Origin: a bacterium
GTDB taxonomy: Bacteria; SAR324; JACQKK01
Direction of reading: 5' to 3'
DNA length: 64,000 nucleotides
NCBI GenBank assembly: GCA_965205845.1
Contig: CBDBIG010000003.1
Location: forward strand, 670,305 to 734,304
This document shows positions 57,083 through 64,000 of the stretch, in pieces. The position numbers and the translations under genes were made by a program. The notes under the pieces are model-generated. The model had not been told where the DNA came from. It did no database searches and was given only the letters and a program-made list of their open reading frames with translations. The first letter of the stretch is position 1. Each line of letters begins with the position of its first letter.

Positions 57083-59007
57083 TTGTGCCCATTCACATGC
57101 TTTGCCACCACTAAGGACAATGGCGCAAAAAAGCGGGTGTGCCCATTCACATGGTTTTACACTGGTCAAAATTTAATGGTTGTGCCCATTCACATGCTTT
57201 GCCACGGGTCAAAATTTAATGGTTTTTTGTGGTTTTTCAACGGTTTACGGGCAGTGTGTTTACGCTAAAAAGGTGGTGGCACGTGTCCCGCCCAAAAAAC
57301 GGTGGTATGCGGGTTTGCGCGTTTTTCGTTCACATGGCGTAAGACTTTTTCGAGGGCCCTGTAGAGGGAATTCTAAAGGGTTGGAAAATGTTCGAAAGGG
57401 ATTTACAATGCCGCGTCCCGTGGCGATCACCGCAAAGTCTTCTGCGGGGCTCATGTCGGCAGGGCAGGTGGTTTTTACGCTTAAGGGCTTTTTTTGCTGC
57501 CAGCCCGCCAACGCGCATCGGGCCTTCGCCAATGGCTAACCATTGGATAGAAATATTGGCTTTTTGTGCAATAAGCACACATTTTTCGATGCCGGGTTTA
57601 ATAGCGCCGCTCACATACTGCCCTATTAAGTTCCCATCAATACCTACTTTTGGGACAGCGCACGCTTGGCTACAGGCGTTTGCAACAGGCCGCTACTCTG
57701 CATCGCTGGCACATACCCAGCCTCCCCACCTTAAAGCGCCGTGTTTTGGCCGAGCTCCCCCACCTGAGTGCGCACCCTTGCCCGCCGCGGCGCAACACCT
57801 CTTAATGCCACATTTCCCTCGCAAAAGCGTTTGCTTAAAAGACCTTTTCGCCTTGGCCCTCGTTTGTGGCGATGGCCACCGCTTTGATGTTTTTACCCAA
57901 TGGCCAAAGGTCAAAAAGCCCTGCAGTCCATGCTCAAAGGCCATTGCAAGATATTTACGAGGGGCAAATTCCTCAGTTGGCGCCTCGGGCGGAGCGAGAA
58001 CAGCGACCTGGTGCGCGTTGCCTTTTCAAGCATTTTGCGCGACTTTGGCGTGCCTTTAGGCATGCTGCGCGATAACAGCCCGCGCTCGGGCGGAGCAAAG
58101 CCACACGCCCCCCAGCGCTTTCGCTTTAAAATCAAAGCAAGAAGACCCCCTATGGTTTGCTCACGGCTTTGGGCTGCACCATCCACTGGGCACAGCCTTA
58201 TCACGGCCAGGCAAAATCGATTGAGCGCGCCTTTTTAGACCTGTGCGAAAGCATCGCCAAACATCCCGCCTGCCCAGGCGCATACACGGGCAACAGCCCC
58301 ACGCAACAATTCCCTCATCAAGCCCGGGAATTACACGCAAAAAGCGATTCCCATTGCCACCTTTCGCGCTCTGGTCGAGCAGCAAATAGGTTACCACAAT
58401 GCCCATCCAAGGGCGCACCGGGGGGCTTATGTAACGGGCGTTCTTTTGATGCGGTGTTTGCACAAAGTTACGCAGCCAGCCCCATCACCCAGGCCACCGC
58501 CCAGCCAGCAGCGTAGTTTTTTACGCGCCAGCCGAGCAAATCAAGGCCCACAAATACGATGCCAGGGTGCGCATCTTGAGTGCAAACCTTGGTCAAGACG
58601 TGCTCAACCGCTACGATGCAAAAAACACCCCCTTCTACCTCGACTTAGCCCTACCACGGGCACGAAAAGCGACTACGGCAAGGTTTTTTTGTTGAGCGAA
58701 GACTTTGAAAGTCTCGCAACGGTTAAAGGGCAAGGCAAGTTTCTACTGAGCATCACTAACAAAGGGGGCAAGCGATTGATGGTAAAATCGATAGGTAAAA
58801 AAGGTGCCATCTGAAATTAAACGGCGAAACCGACGGTGGCAAACCATGGGAAAGAAGATGCAAAACCATGTGAACGTTTACACTAAGCATTCATTGCCAT
58901 AAAGGGATTGAATTTTATACGCAACAAAACATGCCAATATAAATAGGCTCCAGAATGACCAGTGGCAAAGCATGTGAAAGGTGACAAGGGGTAAACCATG
59001 GGAATGG
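57083..59007. mobile_element. Decayed DDE transposon remnant (~1.9 kb) with inverted termini and three subterminal 15-bp repeats at each end. The interior carries frameshifted rve-type integrase fragments.
   Basis: Left end: gtgcccattcacatg at 57085, ~57136 and ~57183. Right end inverted: gtggcaaagcatgtgaa (58963-58979) is the exact reverse complement of ttcacatgctttgccac (57093-57109), with further catgtgaa / catgggaa copies at ~58857 and ~58996. Interior frames carry DNSPRSGG (cf. DNGxEF) and AQPYHGQAKSIERAF (cf. PY.PQ.KG.IER) in different frames. Confidence 0.6.
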
Positions 59008-59119
59008 TTATAGCGATTGTGGTCGTGGAGACGCTTTTGCGTGAACTCTCAATCTGAGGAGCAGACAAAAGGCAGCATGAATACCGTACAAAGGATGCTA
59101 TCTGGCGTCGTTCCCTTTT

Positions 59120-60928
59120 TTATGCTGGTTTTTCATTTAATCTAGGGCGCGTTCTGGGCCGAATAGGCGATTTTCTCCCGCCAAGGCGGAGCATAGCCAA
59201 ACACAAAAACCAAAGGCCGAGCAGTGCCCAGTGCATGTACAAAGCGATGCGCGTGTACACCGAGGCCCCATGCAAAGGGATGGTTAAGGTGCTTGCCCAA
59301 TATGCGGGGGCAAAATGGGGGGTGAGCGGCAGGTTGCGCTCGCCCAGTGCGTTAAACCCTTGGCTTTGCCCATTTTGGGAGAGCAACGCCATGGGCATGC
59401 GGTGCTCCACAGCGCGCACCCGTGCATACCAGGCAAACTGCCTGCTAACGGGGCTTTTGCCAAACCAAGCCAGGTTGGCTTGTACCAGCCCTAGGTTGGC
59501 ACCGTTTTGGGCCATTCCCAGGGTTATCCGCTGGTCTAAAAGGTCAAAGCAAATCAAAGGTGCTGCCCTTATGGTATTCGAAAGCGCAAAGACGCTGTGC
59601 CGCGTGCCTTGAGTAAACAAACCAATATTGGGTATTTGACGCTTCAACCAGTGCTCCCAGGCGGGCAACCAGCGGCCTAAGGGAATGGTTTCGCCAAAGG
59701 GAATAAGTGCTATTTTGTGGTAGAGGCCTTTTATTTGTCCTTGGGTTCCAAGGTGTACCGAAACCCCGTAAATATCTTTTGCCTTTGCTCGCCACGTCGG
59801 AAAAATGATCTGGGTATTGTGTTGGAGCGCAAATCGTCGCACGCGCAGCAGTGAAACAGGATCGTGCAGGGGGGCTAAATACACCGACTCAGGCCACAGC
59901 AGCACGCGTGGAATAGGGTGCTTGGCAGCAGGCAACTGGCTTAAAACCCCCTGGGATTGCGCCAACAAACGGCCCAGGCTTTGCCGACGGGTGGAATAAA
60001 CCAAGGCTGGGTTTGAGGCCAGATGCCCAAGGGAAAAATTGGGTTGAACGGCAGCCAAATGCAATGTCGAGGTCGCTTGGCGGGGTTTTTTGTGAGGGCC
60101 CTTTAGCTGTTGGGTGCGTCGCACCCCATACCCCAAGGTAAGGGCAAAGGTGCCCACCGCCACCACCACCAGCCAAGGAAGCCCTTTGTAAGGGTGGGTA
60201 TTGGGCCACAACCAGCAACAGAGCAGCTCAAACAAAAGCAGGTGCCACAGCAAAAGCAACCACGTTAAACCCGAGCTGCCAATGAGGTCCGCACTTTGCA
60301 GCAGCAAGGGAAAAGCACTGAGGGTTTGTCCAAAGGTATAGCCCAACAAACGGGGTAAAAACCATTGTCCAAGCAAGCAGGTGAGTGGCAGAGCAAAGGC
60401 ACGGAGCATGCGCTGTTTGCGAAAAATCCAAAAGCCTCCCCCAAGCAAAATCCCCCATTCAACACCCTGCAGCAAGCCATAACCAAGATTGATCCCCCAG
60501 GCGGCACTGCGGGGTAAACGCCCGTATACGTGGGCGGTATTTACCACCCATTCACCACCGAGCATGGCTGCAATGCACCCTGCAACACTGGCCAACGCCA
60601 AGGCCGTGCCAAGGCCGTTCAAACGGTTGGCAAACAACCCGCGTGCACGGCTGCGCTTCCCTTGCGTGCGGTGGTTTGCAGATTGTTGATACCATGTCCA
60701 TTCAATGGACACAAACAAGGGTACACTAAAACAGAGCACGGCCAATGCATAAGGCTGGGGGGCAATTGCCAAGTGCCCTAACCAACCCGCCAAAGCGGCA
60801 AGTAGCCACGCGAGCCCCCGTTTAACACCCCGCTGCCGCACCATGGTATGGGCAAGCGATTGGGTTATTTTGAAGGTTTTTGTGTGTGCTCTCCTTGGGT
60901 CCATACTCAAAAACGCGCTTTGCATCAA
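59120..60928 (-). CDS. lnt: Apolipoprotein N-acyltransferase.
   Basis: N-terminal multi-TM region plus C-terminal CN-hydrolase domain (AAVQPN...WPE), 602 aa. Confidence 0.8.
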   Translation of the reverse strand: MMQSAFLSMDPRRAHTKTFKITQSLAHTMVRQRGVKRGLAWLLAALAGWLGHLAIAPQPYALAVLCFSVPLFVSIEWTWYQQSANHRTQGKRSRARGLFANRLNGLGTALALASVAGCIAAMLGGEWVVNTAHVYGRLPRSAAWGINLGYGLLQGVEWGILLGGGFWIFRKQRMLRAFALPLTCLLGQWFLPRLLGYTFGQTLSAFPLLLQSADLIGSSGLTWLLLLWHLLLFELLCCWLWPNTHPYKGLPWLVVVAVGTFALTLGYGVRRTQQLKGPHKKPRQATSTLHLAAVQPNFSLGHLASNPALVYSTRRQSLGRLLAQSQGVLSQLPAAKHPIPRVLLWPESVYLAPLHDPVSLLRVRRFALQHNTQIIFPTWRAKAKDIYGVSVHLGTQGQIKGLYHKIALIPFGETIPLGRWLPAWEHWLKRQIPNIGLFTQGTRHSVFALSNTIRAAPLICFDLLDQRITLGMAQNGANLGLVQANLAWFGKSPVSRQFAWYARVRAVEHRMPMALLSQNGQSQGFNALGERNLPLTPHFAPAYWASTLTIPLHGASVYTRIALYMHWALLGLWFLCLAMLRLGGRKSPIRPRTRPRLNEKPA

Positions 60929-60942
60929 ATAGCGATGGTTGG

Positions 60943-61965
60943 CTAGAAGAGAGAGGAGGCCACCTGTACAACTTGCTTGCCAAGGTTTTTGCCTTGCATC
61001 ATTTCAATAAAGGCTGTGGGGGCGTTTTCAAGCCCCTCACTCACCGTTTCGCGATACTTTAACCTGCCCTCTTTCACCCAGGTCGAGAGCTTGGTATGGC
61101 CTTCTTTGTAGCGGTTAAAAAAATCAAATACCACAAATCCTTCAATGCGGGCGCGCTTGGCAATTAAGGGCCAGTAAAGGCGCGGCCCCATGTCAGCTTT
61201 CTCAAGGTTGTATTGAGAAATTTGCCCACACACAACCACACGGGCGCGCTCGTTAAGCATGGGAATGAGCGCATCGGTGATGGGACCACCCACATTGTCA
61301 AAGTAGCAGTCAACGCCGTTGGGGGCTTGCACGGCCAAGTCTTGCGCAATGTTGGCACTGGATTTGTAATCGACGGCACCATCAAAACCGAGGTCTTGGG
61401 TAATCCAAGCGGTTTTTGCCGCACCCCCTGCAATGCCAATGGCGCGGCAGCCGCGAATTTTGGCAATTTGTCCCACCAATGATCCGACGGCACCGGCCGC
61501 ACCCGAGACCACCACGGTATCGCCCGGATTGGCCTTGCCGATTTCAAGGAGACCAAAATAGGCCGTAAGCCCTGGCATGCCCAACACCCCCAGCGCCGTC
61601 GAGATAGGACCGAGTTTGGGGTCGACCTTGTGTAAATCATCCCCTTTCGACAGCCCATGAGACTGCCAGCCAATGCGTCCTTCGACCACCTCGCCCACCT
61701 GGTAGTCAGGGTGTTTCGTTTCGAGCACCTCCCCCACAATGCCACCCACCATCGTCTCGCCAATTTGCACAGGAGGAGCGTAACTTTTCACATCGCGCAA
61801 ACGCCCGCGCATGTATGGGTCGACGGAAAGGTATAAGGTGCGCACCAAGACTTCGCCCTGGTTGGGGTGGGGAATGTCGCCTGTTTCAAGGCGAAAGGTG
61901 TCTTGGTCGGGCCAACCGTCGGGACGCTTGGCCAAAACCCAAAAGCGATGTTGTTCTTTGTTCAT
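60943..61965 (-). CDS. NADP-dependent medium-chain dehydrogenase/reductase (CurA / prostaglandin-reductase-like).
   Basis: LYLSVDPYMRGR N-terminus, GAAGAVGSLVGQIAK Rossmann region, 340 aa. Confidence 0.8.
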   Translation of the reverse strand: MNKEQHRFWVLAKRPDGWPDQDTFRLETGDIPHPNQGEVLVRTLYLSVDPYMRGRLRDVKSYAPPVQIGETMVGGIVGEVLETKHPDYQVGEVVEGRIGWQSHGLSKGDDLHKVDPKLGPISTALGVLGMPGLTAYFGLLEIGKANPGDTVVVSGAAGAVGSLVGQIAKIRGCRAIGIAGGAAKTAWITQDLGFDGAVDYKSSANIAQDLAVQAPNGVDCYFDNVGGPITDALIPMLNERARVVVCGQISQYNLEKADMGPRLYWPLIAKRARIEGFVVFDFFNRYKEGHTKLSTWVKEGRLKYRETVSEGLENAPTAFIEMMQGKNLGKQVVQVASSLF

Positions 61966-62088
61966 GGTTTTTTAAAAAGAAGTCCTCTTTCGATGGGGTG
62001 ATGGATGAAGGTTTTTGCTAAGGGCATGGTTGCCATGGCCGTGTGCTTTTCATCTGTAAAGGGTGTCAACGTGATAAAGGGGGGGGGG

Positions 62089-63849
62089 TTAGTTGTGTGC
62101 ATGCTGTGGAATATAAGGGGAGACGAGTTCTGGGATAATAACACGCAAAGCGAGCACCTCCTCTGCGCCTTCAAAAATACTGAGCACACGTGAATCGACA
62201 AACAAGCGTGAGGCAGCGCATTCTTGGGCATAGCCTAACCCGCCGTGTAATTGTTGGGTGTTGCGACAGATAATTTCCGCATTGCGGCAGCAAAGCAGTT
62301 TAACCATGGAAGCTTCCATGCGTCCCCCTCCCTCGTTTAGCAACCGCGCAGCACTATAGGCAGCTTGGCGGTTGGCATGGAGTGCTGCGCGCATGCCAAG
62401 CAAGGCATGGCGGGTGAGGCCAAGCGCGTTTAGGGCCGTGCCAAATACCTTACGCTGAACGCTATGCGCATTTGCCATATTGACCGCTGCTTGCATAATG
62501 CCAAGGGCGCGCCCTGCGGTTTGGAGGCGCCCGTGTACAAAGCCTTCCATTTGCAAGGCAAAGCCTTGGCCTTGGCCGTTGGCACCGCCAATCAAGTTGT
62601 TTTCAGGAACGAAAAAATGGTCAAACTCGAGCTCGTAAGAATGCATTCCACGGTAGCCAATGGTGGCGATGGCCCGCCCACGCATGCTCCCACCTTGAGG
62701 GTTTTGGTAGCAAAAATTCTCGGTGTAAAAGGCGGGTTTTTCGGCCACAAACAGCGAAAGTCCACGATGCTTTAACGCAGCACCTTCTTGTGTGCGTGCG
62801 AGCACACCCACCAATTCAGCACGCCCTGCAAAGGTGGTCCACAGCTTGGTACCGGTTATCTCCCAGCCTTGGTCGACGGCTTTTGCCATCAGGCGAATGC
62901 TCCCCACATCTGAACCCGCATCGGGTTCTGTTACAGCGATGGCTGCCATGGTTTTTCCCGAAGCCAATCCGGGTAAAAAGCGCGCCATTTGGCTTTGATC
63001 GCCGCCTTTTATAATGGCTTTGGCCAAAATTTCGGGGCGGGTAATGAGCGACCCAAAAATAAGGGATGCACGCGAAAGTTCTTCTGTTACCAGCAGCATA
63101 CCCAGGCTATCGGGCTTTTTTTGAATGCCACCATACGCAGCGGGAATCGACAGCCCAAAGCAGCCTAACGCGGCAGCTTCTTTGATTAAGGCATCGGGAA
63201 TTAAGGCGTCTTCGCAGTGGGTTTTTTCGGCTATGGGGGCAATTTTTTGTTCTGCAAATTGGCGAAACGTGCCCCGCACGAGTTCTTGTTCAAGGTCTAG
63301 TCCACCATTGCTCAAATCATCTTCAAGGGCTGCTTGGCTAAGATCCCACGCGCTCCCCAAAAATTGGGGCGAGTGGAGGTAGCACAACATTTTGCTCACG
63401 TGGTTATCGGAATAATAAGCCTCGCAAGCAGCAGAAGCCCCATGGAGCTGCGCTTGCACCACTTGTAGGTCGGCCATAAGGCGCGCAAGCACAGTTCTTG
63501 CGTAAAAGGCTCCCAAGGCAATCGCGGCCTCACTCGCTTTGGGTTGCATCAGCGTAATCCGGGTGGCTTGTAGTTCCGCGTACAACCATGCCAGCGTGTA
63601 AGCGGGTGCTTGAAACGGGTTCAGTTTGCTCTGGGAGAAATTCCCATGATGGTCGTTTGCACGCAAGGCAACAATATGAAGCAATCCCTCGACGGCAGAA
63701 TCACCCACCCTTAGACATTCGAGGATCCCCTCGCGTATTTCGGCAAGTGTTGGGGCGGGGTGGGGAACATCGAGCAGGTTCCAAACGCTGGTATTCAGTG
63801 TGTGCTGTGCCATGGTGTGCATCACACTACAGTTTGCTGTAAAGGTCAA
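62089..63849 (-). CDS. Acyl-CoA dehydrogenase with an N-terminal extension (586 aa).
   Basis: ACAD core (AIAVTEPDAGSDVGS, FEGAEEVLALRVI) preceded by a ~150-aa extra domain. Confidence 0.8.
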   Translation of the reverse strand: MTFTANCSVMHTMAQHTLNTSVWNLLDVPHPAPTLAEIREGILECLRVGDSAVEGLLHIVALRANDHHGNFSQSKLNPFQAPAYTLAWLYAELQATRITLMQPKASEAAIALGAFYARTVLARLMADLQVVQAQLHGASAACEAYYSDNHVSKMLCYLHSPQFLGSAWDLSQAALEDDLSNGGLDLEQELVRGTFRQFAEQKIAPIAEKTHCEDALIPDALIKEAAALGCFGLSIPAAYGGIQKKPDSLGMLLVTEELSRASLIFGSLITRPEILAKAIIKGGDQSQMARFLPGLASGKTMAAIAVTEPDAGSDVGSIRLMAKAVDQGWEITGTKLWTTFAGRAELVGVLARTQEGAALKHRGLSLFVAEKPAFYTENFCYQNPQGGSMRGRAIATIGYRGMHSYELEFDHFFVPENNLIGGANGQGQGFALQMEGFVHGRLQTAGRALGIMQAAVNMANAHSVQRKVFGTALNALGLTRHALLGMRAALHANRQAAYSAARLLNEGGGRMEASMVKLLCCRNAEIICRNTQQLHGGLGYAQECAASRLFVDSRVLSIFEGAEEVLALRVIIPELVSPYIPQHAHN

Positions 63850-64000
63850 CTCTCATCGTGCCATGGCAATCCCATTTTTGGGGGAATTGTCCCTTGGCTG
63901 TTTATAATCCTCGACGGGCTTGGGCTAAATGGGAATTTTTCCCCCCGAGGCGCACCGCTCTCACCTGATTGTTGTGGCTTGGTTTAGCCCCCAGCTCAGA

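Noticed and set aside
57083-57539. ORFs 57083..57268 and 57180..57539 (+)
   Set aside because: They read through the subterminal repeats of the transposon remnant (MCPFTCFAT... repeated) and are not credible genes.

Overview
This is a bacterial chromosomal window of about 55-58% GC, most likely gammaproteobacterial (LpoA, SurA, RodZ, mreBCD, Lnt and tRNA-Phe(GAA) are all present).

**Genes I can support**
- Housekeeping genes: hemC, ppsA, guaA, asd, greA, rnr, lnt, mtnP, rodZ, mreBCD and a glnD-like gene.
- A large acyl-CoA / valine-catabolism and uptake block at roughly 14-34 kb: mmsB, 3-hydroxyisobutyryl-CoA hydrolase, MaoC, acyl-CoA dehydrogenase, thioesterase, crotonase, an AMP-forming acyl-CoA synthetase, a LivGHM-SBP-SBP-LivF ABC transporter, two PaaK-like CoA ligases, an SDR and an MFS transporter.
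- Further acyl-CoA dehydrogenases and a CitE-like lyase.

**Findings**
- Strongest candidate for a novel system: a lower-GC methyltransferase plus unknown-partner cassette (52.86-54.46 kb) inserted into the rnr leader and bracketed by ~160-bp direct repeats. The partner protein is uncharacterised and may be a nuclease.
- Three beta-class SPPY DNA methyltransferases in 64 kb: one frameshifted pseudogene, one orphan inside the catabolic operon, and the one in the cassette above.
- Five separate tandem-repeat arrays with 48-94 bp periods, including an in-frame 28-aa x4 repeat inside LpoA and a 53-bp x10 array seeded from the rodZ 3' end.
- A recent 1.5-kb tandem duplication that created a second paaK-like gene and a chimeric junction.
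- Tandem substrate-binding-protein genes with a conserved palindromic operator and a relic of a third copy.
- A highly divergent MreB that appears to lack the phosphate-1 ATP-binding motif.
- A decayed DDE transposon with multiple subterminal repeats.

All calls are from reading the sequence and translations by eye; no database searches were run.
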